Of a stretch of DNA of 64,000 nt, positions 27,100 to 41,132 are shown one piece after another (the first letter of the stretch is position 1; every line of letters begins with the position of its first letter). The notes beneath the pieces are model-generated. The model had not been told where the DNA came from. It was given only the letters and a program-made list of their open reading frames with translations, and ran no database searches. The stretch is from Eledone cirrhosa (Eukaryota): positions 52,080,001 through 52,144,000 of the forward strand of contig OZ024748.1 of assembly GCA_964016885.1 (NCBI GenBank), read 5' to 3'. Both the position numbers and the translations under genes were made by a program.

Positions 27100-27530
27100 A
27101 GGTGAGTAGCTTAGTGGTTAGAGTATACTGTTCATGATTGTAATCTCATGAGTTTGATTCCTGGTGGTGTGTTGGTATCCAAGAGCAACATATATTATTC
27201 CAGGTAGGTCTAGTCCCCTCAGCTGGAACACAATGAGCTGTAGCTGTTATATAAGAGGTCAGCCTAGCTCAGTGTAATTGTAATGTCATGAGTTCAATTC
27301 CTAGCAGTGTGTTGTGTCCAAGAACAAGACATCTTGTTTCACATTATTCCAGTCTCCTCAGTTGGAACATAATAGGCTGTACCTGTTATATAAGAGGGCA
27401 GCCTAGCTTAGTGGTTAGGGTATACTGTTCATCATTGTAATGTCATAAGTTCAATTCCTGGTGGTGTGCTGTGTCCAAGAGCAAAATACTTTATTTTACA
27501 TTGTTCCACTCACCTCACCTGGAACAAATT
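27100..27530 (+). mobile_element. Three tandem degenerate SINE heads (about 150-bp unit)
   Basis: Repeated TAGCT(T/C)AGTG...AGTT(C/T)(A/G)ATTCCT...TCCAAGA.CAA. Confidence 0.7.
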
Positions 27531-27634
27531 GTCAGAGATCCAACAACAACAGAATAAACAAAATGTCTTGTGATAATAGAGACAATGTATTTGTTTTGCA
27601 AGATTTTTTATGAGAAATCGTGTGTAGAAACAGA

Positions 27635-27707
27635 TATTGTTATATTTGAAGAGGGTCATGTTGTCCTAAATATTAGGACAACATGACCCTCTCCAAATAT
27701 AACAATA
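27635..27707. repeat. Fold-back hairpin of a dispersed repeat also found at about 2892 and 20722
   Basis: TATTGTTATATTTGAAGAGGGTCATGTTGTCCTA / TAGGACAACATGACCCTCTCCAAATATAACAATA, 34-bp arms with one mismatch. Confidence 0.9.
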
Positions 27708-28727
27708 CCTTTGATAATAGTTCTGGGGCTTTATGTTCTGAGTTCAAATCCCACTGAGGTCAGTTTAACAATTCTTCCTTCAAGTACTGTGATCGACAAA
27801 ATACTCATCCAAAAATGTATGTCTTTGTGTCTATGAAACAAAATCAAAGAAATCAATGAGAATGGATGGGCAGAATCGGTAGAGCATTGGACAAAAGGCT
27901 TTGTGTTATTTGTTCCAGCTCTTTACATTTTGAGTTCAAATTCCAACAATGTCAACTTTGTCTTTCATCCTTCCAGGATAGATAGAATAATGTACCAGTG
28001 AACTACTGGGGTCAATTCAATCATCTCTCCCTCTCTCCCCAGCCCACAAAAAAGATTTAAAAATGACTGGTGATGTCCCTAAATTAGAAACAATTATTAT
28101 TGGCAGAATCATTATAGCATATGGGCAAGGTTTATCATCTGTTGGGACTAATACTTCAATTGGAGAAGAAAATCCATTTCCAATACATCATCATCATTTA
28201 AGGTCCATCTTCCATGCTAGCATGAATATCACAGGCTGTTCCTTTGTGAGAGAACATGTCAGGTGCCCATGATTTGCTCACACAGAATTGATTTTGGCTA
28301 GGTTTCTATGGCTGGATGCCCTTCCTAATGCCAACCACATTTATTGATAACAATATATGACCTATTATAGAATATTTCTTCTTCATGATCTTCCCCTATC
28401 TTCAGGCCTCCATATTTTGGTAAACTGATCAAAATTATATATTCACAATTTTCTTACCTTCAACATTATTGTTACAGTTTTGAGACTTTTCAACTAAGTC
28501 TGGTATTATCTGTTTGTTGGCCTTTCATTCTTTATCTCTCTCTTCTTCCCTATCTTCTTCCCTCTATTTCTACCTCTGTCTCTCTTTCTTACTCTTTCTA
28601 CCTCTATCTCTCTTTCTTTCTCTATCTTCCTCTATCCATAACTCTCCCCCTCTCTCTTCTTCTTTCACTATCTCTCTATATTTTTCATTCTCTACCTATC
28701 TCCCTGTCTCTGTCTCTTTCTTCTTCT

Positions 28728-28792
<65 letters not shown>

Positions 28793-29569
28793 CTTCTCTC
28801 CCCATATCTCTCTCTATCTCTCTTCCTTTCTCTCTCTTCTTTCTACCTCTCTCCCTGTCTCTGCTCCTCTCTCTCACTCTCTCTCCTTATATCTGCCCCC
28901 CCCCCCTCTATATATCTATCTATCTATCTATTTATCTATCTATCCTATCTTCCTCTTTCATTCATAGAAAGAAAGAACTGGTGTTGGAAGAAATATCCCT
29001 CCCTTCCAAATATTACTCACTACCATTTTCAGTTTTGCATGACTAAAAAAAAAAAAATTAGCTTAATTATTTCATTAGGATATGTCTGATTCTCCCATAC
29101 TGTATATATTTCTCTACTAATTGAACCATATTCCATTCTACCAGATGACAACATGCCATATACTACCTCCTTCCTCATTCCAGTTCATAACCCAGGAGAA
29201 GAAAGAAATTCAGCTCTAATTAAGATAAATTAAGATTAATCATGAGCAGGTTCACAGAAAGAATTGTCACACACCCTGAACTCTACCCTTTACTAATCAT
29301 GTGACTATCTATGTCTGTTTCAACATCTGTTTATACTCATATTTGTCAATCTAATTATGTTACTATTATAATTATTCCACAGTTGTATCATACTTGTGTA
29401 TTATTGTATTGTATGTTAGACTGATCAGTTATTACATCCACTTTATAATGTTGTATTATATATATGTTATATAGTGTATATATTGTATTATATACGTGGT
29501 TGTATATTGTATATATTATATTATATATATGGTTGTTGTATATTGTATATATTGGTTGTTGTATATTGT

Positions 29570-30732
29570 ATCATCATCATCATCGTTTAACGTCCATGTT
29601 CCACGCTTGCATGGGTTTGGACGGGAGTTTTCCCACTTGAGGCAAGAGTGGTTGTCTTGCTCGCATAGGACTGTCTGGCGGGTTTTCTACGGCTGGATGC
29701 CCTTCCTAACACCAACCACATTTACAGTGTGGGGCTGGGAGGTTTTTACCGTGTTGCCTACACGGCCACATTACAGCGTGGACTGTGTGTTTTTTTGTCG
29801 TGACACCTACACAATCTCATTTGTTTCGGCCTGGATGTTGTGGCACCAACGTAACTTTACATTGAAAGGGGTGGTGTGGATGGGGTGGGGGTGGTGTGAC
29901 GGGGGTGTATTTTGTTAGAGATGCCTACTGACTGTAGTAGGTTTACTTTGTATTTAGGCAAGGCGGGTCTTCTCTATTACTGAGTACCGCCAAAGATCTC
30001 GGTCCAGTGACATTGTCTTGGAGAGGTGTAAGTGTGTGAGGTCGGAATTTATAAGGTCGTCCCAGGTTTTTCTGGGTCTGCCTACTCCGTGGCTACCATC
30101 TATCTTTATTGCCCTGCACTTTTTTATACAGCTGTCGTCTTTCATGCGCATCACGTGACCATACCAACGTAGCCTTCTCTCGAGTAAACAACATCTGATC
30201 CCTCTTATTTTTAATTTTTCCCTTAGTTCGTTTATGCTTTGCCGTTCACGTATATTACTATTACACATCCAGCGGAGCATGCAAGCTTCGTTCCTCTTTA
30301 GTCTGTGTATATCCTCTGCACACAATGCCCAGGTCTCACTGCCATGCAACATTGCTGTTCGTATGCAGGCATCATATAACCTGCCTTTCATTTTTAGGGA
30401 GAACCCTTTAGCGGCTAATAGTGGAATAAGCTCTCTGAACTTTTTCCATCCAGTTCTGACTCTAGCTACTGTACTTTCGGAGCACCCTCCCCCACTGCTG
30501 ATTTTGTCACCCAGGTAACGGAAGCTGTCCACTATTTCTATATAACCCTCTGCGCAATTGAAAGAGCTAGTATTTTGTGGGCACTTGCTGCTACTTATTG
30601 CACCAGAGCACCGGCCACATGTAAAATCTATGTTCTTAGTTAGATTACCTGTGATCCCACTACATCTTTTATGCACCCATACTTTGCATTTGGGACATAA
30701 AATGGAGTTTCTACCTACGCCTTTCCTACACA
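29570..30732 (-). mobile_element. 5'-truncated RTE LINE, family A (open frame 29954-30733 plus 3' UTR and (GAT)n tail)
   Basis: FRYLGDKISSGGG..RVRTGWKKFREL..KGRLY..MLHGSETW..RRLRWYGHVMR..GRPRKTW..DRDLWR. Highly similar to the 61925 copy. Confidence 0.95.
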
Positions 30733-30777
30733 CTGATATATTGTTTATATTGTATTATATATATGTTATATATTGTA

Positions 30778-31152
30778 TATACTGGGCATAAGAGGGATAA
30801 GTTGTGGTGTGCAGGAGAGAAGGCTGAGATGGTATGGACATGTGATGCACATGGAGGATGACCGATGGGTGAAGAAGTGCCAAGAAGTCGCAGTAGAGGG
30901 AAGAGGCAGTAGAGAGAAGATGCAGTAGAGAGAAGACGCAGTAGAGGGAAGACGCAGTAGAGAGAAGACGCAGTAGAGGTAGACCACGTAAAACATGGGC
31001 GGAAGTGGTGAGAGCAGACTTCAGATCACTGAAACTCACGGAGGAGATGACGAAGGACCGTAACGGGTGGAGAGATGCTGTGCTGAATAGGACCTGTCCA
31101 ACCCTTGCAAGTAGGGAAAAGCAGACATAAAATGATGATGATGATGATGATG
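30778..31152 (+). mobile_element. RTE LINE 3' fragment, family B, with an internal tandem expansion
   Basis: LGIRGISCGVQERRLRWYGHVMHMEDDRWVKKC..[AGAAGACGCAGTAGAG repeats]..GRPRKTWAEVV..DRNGWR..CPTLASREKQT*, then (TGA)n. Confidence 0.9.
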
Positions 31153-31173
31153 TATATATTGTATTATATATAA

Positions 31174-31363
31174 GGGCGGTGGATTGGCAGTATCAGTAGA
31201 GGGTCGGACGGCATGCTTTCCAGCATAGAGTTACGGCCCTTGCCATTCTGAATTCAAATCCCGCCGAGGTTAACTTTGCCTTTCATCCTTATGGGGTCGA
31301 TAAAATAAAGTACCAGTAATACACTGGGTAATTGCTGGCCTTGTGCCTATCGTAGAAACAATT
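31174..31363 (+). mobile_element. Full-length tRNA-derived SINE, family B
   Basis: GGGCGGTGGATTGGCAGTATC head, TTCAAATCCC B-box, conserved central domain. Many copies (19964, 27870, 40520, 42528, 47660, 52088, 57325, 57535). Confidence 0.88.
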
Positions 31364-31408
31364 ATATATATGTGTGTGTTTACAAATGGTACAAAAACAG
31401 TATTTTAT

Positions 31409-31605
31409 GAGGGTCAGCTGAAAACCTCATAGGCTGACTATGAAGGAGTGATGCTAGAGTTGTGAATGTATCTTGCATGCATTAATTTCAACCCTCCTTA
31501 TTAATAAATGCATTATTTCTTTACTGGGACTCGTTAAAAAATAAACCTAATTTGTCATTCCATGAGAATATGTTGGTTAGCCTATGAACTTTTCAGCTGA
31601 TCCTT
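31409..31605. mobile_element. Mariner-type MITE, single unit
   Basis: GAGGGTCAGCTGAAAACCTCATAGGCTGAC...GTTAGCCTATGAACTTTTCAGCTGATCCTT with TA flanks; same family as 25587. Confidence 0.82.
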
Positions 31606-31724
31606 ATATATGACATTCTGACAATTCTGTAGAAAATATAACTTCTCCATACCTATAAGTATTACTAAGGCTTGATTTCTAACTTTAGCAGAATGCTAGA
31701 AAGTTCTAACTGCAGGTTATAAAC

Positions 31725-31848
31725 CGGTCATGGATGAACTGTGGCTTTCAGGCCACATGCACCCCATTTGATTTCTGAAAGGCAGGTGTAATTTATGATG
31801 AACAACGTCCTATACAACAAACTGCTAAAAAAAGGTTGCCTATGCCTG
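31725..31848. mobile_element. Possible hAT-type MITE
   Basis: Ends CGGTCATGG / GGTTGCCTATGCCTG; imperfect 8-bp TSD TTATAAAC/TTATAGAT. Confidence 0.4.
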
Positions 31849-32687
31849 TTATAGATGATCAAGCAGACCCTATGATATTACTGGTAGTTGAAAATGGATG
31901 GATGAAATACAATGTTATTACATTTGGGGCAGTAACCTATATTTTGATTTGGTTATGTGAAATTTAAATTACACATTCTAAGTAATAATGTAAGACAGAA
32001 AAGAGTAAAGATTCACACTGTCACATCTTCAAGATCAGCTGAGAGAACTAATGAACTAATAATTATATACTTAACCTTCACCAAGCTAGAATTTTTTATG
32101 AATTGCTTCCCTTGACACTGCATTATGTATTAAGGGGAGATCACTATTAGTGACATAAGGCGCCTACAGCGTGTTAAAGGTTAATAAATCAAAACCCACT
32201 AGTATTGAAGCAACCATCACTGAGACATATTTGGACAGATCAAATGTTTTAAAGGGAAGACAACTGAATCCAGAGACAATTCTTCCTCGGCCAGCAATGG
32301 GAGGCTAAAATAAACAAGAGCAAGATTAGTTGGAAGGCCTCAGGTACATCTGGATAGTAACATTGCAACGTTAAAAAATAGTTACAATAGCATCAACAGT
32401 TACCAAGCTTTCATTCATGACAAGACAACCTTGTATTTCTTCATTCCACAAGGGGTAGATAACTCACGAGAACATAATGAGACTAGGAGGTAAATAAGAA
32501 TAGAAACTTAATTGCCAACATCCCACCCCCACCCACTAGCCATTTCTGAACTGATCTGTCCTTAATGCTAGATCTGTGACAATAAGATTGGATTTATCAT
32601 TCACCTTCACATAAATGATAATAGCTTCAGATATTGAAGACTATCAATCTCAATTTCGAAGGGTTTCCAACACACATACATACATAT

Positions 32688-32720
<33 letters not shown>

Positions 32721-32746
32721 CACACACAAATATATTTATGTTTGTG

Positions 32747-32784
<38 letters not shown>

Positions 32785-32858
32785 TGTTTGTATATAAATA
32801 TTTGTACATATGTTTGTACCTGTGAATAAAAAATCTATGTAAAATACTAGTTATATAT

Positions 32859-33078
32859 GAGGGAACGATCGACTTTCGTCAAATCGGACCGAGGAAACAA
32901 TGTTTCCGTTGGTCTTTCCATTTGCTAATACTATCTATCGGTCGCAACTCCAGGTAGAAGGAGCAACGTGAAATAAAGTGTCTTGCTCAAGGACATAATG
33001 CATCGCCCGGTCCAGGAATTGAACTCACAACCTCACGATTGCGAATCCAATTCTCTAACCACTCAGCCACACACCTTC
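32859..33078 (-). mobile_element. tRNA-derived SINE, family D, with TSD
   Basis: A-box TGGCTGAGTGG, B-box GAGTTCAATTC; flanking direct repeat ACTAGTTATATAT; second copy at 57950. Confidence 0.88.
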
Positions 33079-33083
33079 ACTAG

Positions 33084-33130
<47 letters not shown>

Positions 33131-34110
33131 TACACACACACAGAGGTACACACATACACACAAACATAAATCAGGGTTGCTAAATAAATATTCTAGTCAC
33201 CGCCACCATCACTTGGGCCAATTTCACCTCTACACTCTAGTAATTAATAATATAAATATCTCCAAAACTTTACAGAACCATCCAACCATCAAACTATCGA
33301 AGCTATCTAACCCTGCCATGCTAGCTGAGCTTAACAGAAAAAATATGAAAATAAAAATATAGAAAACAGCAACAAAATATACAAAAAAACCCACATATAA
33401 TAACATAAATAATTATAGCAAATAAATGTAATAAGTAAATTAACAAATAAAAATAAAAAATATATATAAATATATAAGAAATATATAAATGTATTAGTAA
33501 AAAAAAATAAACAGGTAAAAAATAGTAAATCTAGCTAAAGTAAATAAAGTAGATCAAATCAAAGGTATTCTGGGAATAAATGCAATTAATGCAATTAGCC
33601 AGATTGTTACCATGGATATTGGGGAAACTAGATAATTATGATGATGATGATGTTGATGATGATGATGTTGACAGTGATGATGGTGATGATGATGGTGGTG
33701 GTAATGATAATGATGATGTAAGTGGTGGCGATGTTGATGATGAGAGTGTTGATGGTGATGATGATGGTGGTGGTGATGATGATGACAGTGGCTGGCGGTG
33801 ATGATGATGACAGTGTTGATGGTGATGATGATGGTGGTGATTATGATGATGATAGTGGCGGTGATGATGATGTTAGTGGTGGTGATGATGATGATGATGG
33901 TGGTGATGGTGATGATGATGGTGGTGATGGTGATGATGATGGTGGTGATTATGATGATGATAGTGGTGGTGATGGTGATGATGATGGTGGTGATGGTGAT
34001 GCATTTATAGAAAGCAATATTTCATGTGTGTTTTTGTCTATTTGTATATATATATTTATAATTATGTATGTGTGTATTCATGTATAATTTATACATTCAT
34101 ATGAGAATTA

Positions 34111-34164
<54 letters not shown>

Positions 34165-34170
34165 GTATGT

Positions 34171-34201
<31 letters not shown>

Positions 34202-34357
34202 TATATATATATATATATAAATATATATATATACATACATACATGCATAAATATATATATATATATATATGTATGTATATATATATATAAATATATATGT
34301 ATACATACCTACATATGTATATATATATATATATATATTTATGTATATATATATATA

Positions 34358-34432
<75 letters not shown>

Positions 34433-34522
34433 GCACATATAAAGACCCACGCATATTTACACACACACACACACACATATATCTACATAGACACACACAT
34501 GTAAAATAACATACACACATGT

Positions 34523-34556
<34 letters not shown>

Positions 34557-34633
34557 CTACATAGACACACACTTACACAAACATGCATTTGGATAATCTC
34601 ATTTTATAATAATGTTCTCGGTGGAAATGGGTT

Positions 34634-34732
<99 letters not shown>

Positions 34733-34854
34733 TGATATCATTGGACAAGGTAGGGTGGACATTACAGCCCCTGAATAACAACAATAACAACAGAGAGCAA
34801 CAGTATATCATATAGGAAAATAGTGATTGAGTGGGAGAACAGAAAGTAAGAGAT

Positions 34855-37461
34855 AGAGAGAGAGACAGTGAGAGAGAGAGAGACGGAGATAGTGACAGAT
34901 AGACAGAGATAGTGACAGAGAGACAGAGATAGTGAGAGATAGACAGATAGACAGAGATAGTGACAGACAGACAGAGATAGTGAGAGATAGACAGATAGAC
35001 AGAGATAGTGACAGACAGACAGAGATAGTGACAGACAGACAGAGATAGTGAGAGACAGACAGAGATAGTGACAGACAGACAGAGATAGTGATAGACAGAC
35101 AGAGATAGTGACAGACAGACAGAGATAGTGACAGACAGACAGAGATAGTGACAGACAGACAGAGATAGTGAGAGACAGACAGAGATAGTGACAGACAGAC
35201 AGAGATAGTGAGAGACAGACAGAGATAGTGACAGACAGACAGAGATAGTGACAGAGAGACAGAGATAGTGACAGACAGACAGAGATAGTGACAGAGAGAC
35301 AGAGATAGTGACAGACAGACAGAGATAGTGACAGAGAGACAGAGATAGTGACAGACAGACAGAGATAGTGACAGAGAGACAGAGATAGTGACAGACAGAC
35401 AGATATAGTGACAGACAGACAGAGATAGTGACAGACAGACAGAGATAGTGACAGTGAGAAAGAGATAGTGACAGACAGACAGAGATAGTGACAGACAGAC
35501 AGAGACAGTGACAGACAGACAGAGATAGTGACAGACAGACAGAGATAGTGACAGACAGACAGAGATAGTGACAGACAGACATAGATAGTGACAGACAGAC
35601 AGAGATAGTGACAGAGAGACAGAGATAGTGACAGACAGACAGAGATAGTGACAGACAGACAGAGATAGTGACAGACAGACAGAGATAGTGACAGAGAGAC
35701 AGAGATAGTGACAGACAGACAGAGATAGTGACAGACAGACAGAGATAGTGACAGACAGACAGAGATAGTGACAGACAGACAGAGATAGTGACAGACAGAC
35801 AGAGATAGTGAGAGACAGAGACAGTGACAGAGAGACAGAGATAGTGACAGACAGACAGAGACAGTGACAGACAGACAGAGGCAGTGACAGACAGACAGAG
35901 ATAGTGACAGACAGACAGAGACAGTGACAGATAGACAGAGATAGTGACAGACAGACAGAGATAGTGAGAGACAGAGACAGTGACAGAGAGACAGAGATAG
36001 TGACAGACAGACAGAGACAGTGACAGACAGACAGAGACAGTGACAGACAGACAGAGATAGTGAGAGACAGACAGAGATAATGACAGACAGACAGAGAGAG
36101 TGAGAGACAGACAGAGATAGTGACAGACAGACAGAGATAGTGAGAGGCAGAGACAGTGACAGAGAGACAGAGATAGTGAGAGACAGACAGAGATAGTGAG
36201 AGACAGACAGAGATAGTGACAGACAGACAGAGATAGTGACAGACAGACAGAGACAGTGACAGACAGACATAGATAGTGACAGACAGACAGAGATAGTGAC
36301 AGAGAGACAGAGATAGTGACAGACAGACAGAGATAGTGACAGACAGACAGAGATAGTGACAGACAGACAGAGATAGTGAGAGACAGACAGAGATAGTGAC
36401 AGACAGACAGAGATAGTGACAGACAGACAGAGACAGTGACAGACAGACAGAGACAGTGACAGACAGACAGAGATAGTGACAGACAGACAGAGATAGTGAG
36501 AGACAGACAGAGATAGTGACAGACAGACAGAGATAGTGACAGTGAGACAGAGATAGTGACAGACAGACAGAGATAGTGACAGACAGACAGAGACAGTGAC
36601 AGACAGACAGAGATAGTGACAGACAGACAGAGATAGTGACAGACAGACAGAGATAGTGACAGACAGACAGAGATAGTGACAGACAGACAGAGATAGTGAG
36701 AGACAGACAGAGATAGTGACAGACAGACAGAGATAGTGACAGACAGACAGAGATAGTGACAGACAGACAGAGACAGTGACAGACAGAGACAGTGACAGAC
36801 AGACAGAGATAGTGACAGACAGACAGAGATAGTGACAGACAGACAGAGACAGTGACAGACAGACAGAGATAGTGACAGACAGACAGAGATAGTGAGAGAC
36901 AGAGACAGTGACAGAGAGACAGAGATAGTGACAGACAGACAGAGACAGTGACAGACAGACAGAGACAGTGACAGACAGACAGAGATAATGAGAGACAGAC
37001 AGAGATAATGACAGACAGAGAGAGTGAGAGACAGACAGAGATAGTGACAGACAGACAGAGATAGTGAGAGACAGAGACAGTGACAGAGAGACAGAGATAG
37101 TGAGAGACAGACAGAGACAGTGACAGACAGACAGAGACAGTGACAGACAGACAGAGATAGTGACAGACAGACAGAGATAGTGAGAGACAGACAAAGATAG
37201 TGACAGACAGACAGATATAGTGACAGACAGACAGAGATAGTGACAGACAGACAGAGATAGTGAGAGACAGACAGAGATAGTGACAGATAGACAGAGATAG
37301 TGACAGACAGACAGAGACAGTGACAGACAGACAGAGATAGTGACAGACAGACAGAGATAGTGACAGACAGACAGAGATAGTGACAGAGAGACAGAGATAG
37401 TGACAGACAGACAGAGATAGTGACAGATTGACAGAGACAGTGACAGATTGACAGAGATAGT
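34855..37461. repeat. 2.6-kb 20-bp minisatellite (AGAGATAGTGACAGACAGAC)n
   Basis: About 130 highly homogeneous units with occasional 12- and 16-bp variants. Confidence 0.97.
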
Positions 37462-37465
37462 GCTG

Positions 37466-37515
<50 letters not shown>

Positions 37516-40290
37516 GCTGCTACTATCACCACCACCACCACCAATACTACAATCACCACTGACACCACCTCCACTGTAACCAATACTGTCACAACTATCC
37601 TCTGATTGACAACTTTAATAATTAGAGTAGCAGTATTGGTGGTGGTAGTGGCGGTGGTAGTGGCGGTAGTGGTGGTGGTAGTGGTGGTAGTGGTGGTGGT
37701 GGTGGTGGTGGTATTGGTGGTAGTGGTGGTGGTAGTGGTGGTGGTAGTGGTGGTGGTAGTGGTGGTAGTGGTGGTAGTGGTGGTGGTGGTAGTGGTGGTA
37801 GTGGTGCTGGTAGTGGTGGTGGTAGTGGTGGTAGTGGTGGTGGTAGTGGTGGTGGTGGTAGTGGTGGTGGTGGTAGTTGTGGTAGTGGTGGTGGTATTGG
37901 TGGTAGTGGTGGTGGTAGTGGTGGTGGTGGTAGTGGTGGTGGTAGTGGTGGTATTGGTGGTAGTGGTGGTGGTAGTGGTGGTAGTGGTGGTGGTGGTTAT
38001 GGTAGTAGTGGTGGTGGTATTGGTGGAAGTGGTGGTGGTAGTGGTGGTGCTGGTAGTGGTGGTATTGGTGATGGTGGTAGTGGTGGTGGTAGTGGTGGTG
38101 GTAGTGGTGGTGGTAGTGGTGGTAGTGGTGCTGGTGGTAGTGGTGGTAGTGGTGGTGGTGGTAATGGTGGTATTGGTGCTGGTGGTAGTGGTGGTAATGG
38201 TGGTGGTAGTGGTGGTGGTAGTGGTGCTGGTGGTACAATGTTGTTGCTGTTGGTGGTAGTCAAAATAGTTGGTGTTGGTGTTGGTAGTGTTGTTCTTGTT
38301 TTTGATGTTGGTGGTGATGGTTATGGTAGTCATAGTGTTACAATGTTGGTGGTGGTGGTGGTGGTGGTGGTGGTACAATGTTGGTGTTGGCGGTGGGGAT
38401 GGTGATGGTGGGGGAGTTGGTGGTGGCGGTGGTAATAGTGTTACAGTTGTTGGTGTTGGTGGTGGGGATGGTGATGGTGGTGGTGTTGGTGTTGATGGTG
38501 GTGGTGGTGGTGGCGGTGGTGGTGATAATAGTGTTACAATGTTGTTGGTGGGGGAGATGAAGGTGGTGGTCATAGTGTACAATGTTATTGTTGGTGGTGG
38601 TGTTGGCAGTGTTGATGGTGGTGGTGGTGGGGGTGGTGTTGGTGTTGATGGTGGTGGTGGCGGCAGTGGTGGTGTTGATGGTGGCAGTGGTGGTGGTGGT
38701 GGTGGTGTTGGTGGTGGTGGTGTTGGTGGTGGCGGTGGTGTTGGTGTTGATGGTGGCAGTGGTGGTGGTGTTGATGGTGGTGGTGGTGGTGTTGATGGTG
38801 GTGGTGGTGATATTGATGGTGGTGGTGTTGATGATGGTGCTGTTGATGGTGGTGGTGTTGATGGTGATGATGTTGGTGGTGGTGGCGGTGGTGTTGATGG
38901 TGATGGTGGTGATGGTATTGATGATGGTGGTGGTGATGGTGTTGGCGGTGTTGATGGTGGTGGTGGTGGTGGTGATGGTAGTGATGCTAGTGGTGGTGGT
39001 GCTTGTGGTACAATGTTTAAGTTGTAAATCTACATTAGCTTCTCTAATTACTGCAACAATTAAGATGAAAATGTTGACTAACAACCCTAACACATACATA
39101 ACAGACACATACATACACATACATAACAGGCACATACATACATACACACATACATACATACACATACATAACAGACATATACATACATACATACACATAC
39201 ATAACATACACATACATACACATACATAACAGACACATACAGACACATACATAACAGACATATACATACATACATACACATACATAACATACACATACAT
39301 ACATACACATACATAACATACACATACATACATACATACACATACATAACATACACATACATACATACACATACAGACACATACATACATACACATACAT
39401 AACAGGCACATACATAACAGGCACATATATAACAGACACATACATACACATACATAACAGACACATACATATATACACATACATACACATACATAACAGA
39501 CACATACATACACATACATAACAGACACATACATACATACATACACATACATAACAGACACATACATACATACATACACATATATAACAGACACATACAT
39601 ACATACACATACATACATACACATACATAACAGACACATACATACATACATACATACATACATACACATACATAACAGACACATACATACATACACGTAC
39701 ATAACAGACACATACATACATACATACACATACATAACAGACACATACATACATACATACACATACATAACAGACACATACATACATACACACATACATA
39801 ACCGACACATACATACACATACATAACAGACACATACATACATAACAGACACATACATAACAGACACATACATACATACACACATACATAACAGACACAT
39901 ACATACATACACACATACATAACAGACACATACATACACATACATAACAGATACATACATACATACATACATACATACATACATACACATACATAACAGA
40001 CACATACATACATACATACACATACATAACAGACACATACATACATACATACATACACATATATAACAGACACATACATACACACATACATAAAAGACAC
40101 ATACATACATACATAACAGACACACACATATATACATACAGACACAGACATACACACATACACACATACATAACAGACACACATAACAGACACATACACA
40201 CACACACATAACAGACACACATATACACACATACAACAGACATACACATACAACACACACACACATACAACAGATACACACATACACCCC
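37462..40290. repeat. Consecutive (CTA)n, (GGT/AGT)n, (GGT/GAT)n and (CATA/ATAACAGACA) arrays
   Basis: Simple-sequence blocks separated by short unique spacers. Confidence 0.95.
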
Positions 40291-40850
40291 CCCCCCCCCA
40301 AAAAAAAAATGAGTAAATTACAGAATTACAGGGAAAATAAAAACAATACATTAACAAAAACAACAATTAAAATATATAAAAGAAAAGCAAATGTTAAAAA
40401 AAATCAAAAACAACTTATAAAATATTTCATCACCTAGCTGCCATGACACACTAATAAACGATGTCCTGAAATATAAAATCAATAATAATAATTGATTTAT
40501 TATTATTGATTAATATAGGTTTCTGATTTAGGACCAAGACCAACAAATTTGTGGGGGGCTTGAGGGGAAAGACAATTATATCATACCCCAGTACGTGACT
40601 GGTACCGTAATATATCGAACTGAAAATGACGAAAGGCAAAGTCAAAGCTAACCTGTGTAGGTTTTGAACTCAGAATGTAAAGGGACGTAACTCTATGCCA
40701 CAAAGCATGTGGCCCGACTCCCTACCAATACTGGCAATCTACCGCCATCAATTTATTTATTAGTTATGATTTATAATTTAGGGCCACGGCCAACAGTATG
40801 TGGTGAAAGGAGGAGAAAGATGTTTATATGGACCCCAGTATTTGACTGGT

Positions 40851-41132
40851 GGAGGCACGTGGCCTAATGGTAAGGGTGTTGGACTTACGATCATAATGTC
40901 ATGGGTTCGATTCCTGGGTAGCGTGTTGCGTTCTTGAGCAAAACACTTCATTTCACATTGTTCCAGTATACTCAACTAAAAATGAGTACCAGCAATAGCT
41001 GGGGGTTTAACCCTGCAATGGACTGGCATCCTGTCCAAGGGGGAGTCTTGTACTCTCAATTGCTTCATGCCATGAAACCGGGACAAGCACCAACCAAAAT
41101 GAGCCTTCTGGCTTACGACAGACTTTAGACTA
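40851..41132 (+). mobile_element. tRNA-derived SINE, family C, nested in an antisense family B SINE
   Basis: TGGCCTAATGG A-box, GGTTCGATTCC B-box; TSD GACTGGT at 40844-50 and 41133-39. Antisense relative at about 60310-60560. Confidence 0.85.

Noticed and set aside
34632-38582. 1316-aa and 810-aa ORFs
   Set aside because: They translate a 20-bp minisatellite and triplet repeats on a strand that lacks stops; no domain content.
40851-40925. tRNA gene candidates at SINE heads
   Set aside because: A and B boxes are present but there is no complete cloverleaf; each continues into a SINE body, some with TSDs.
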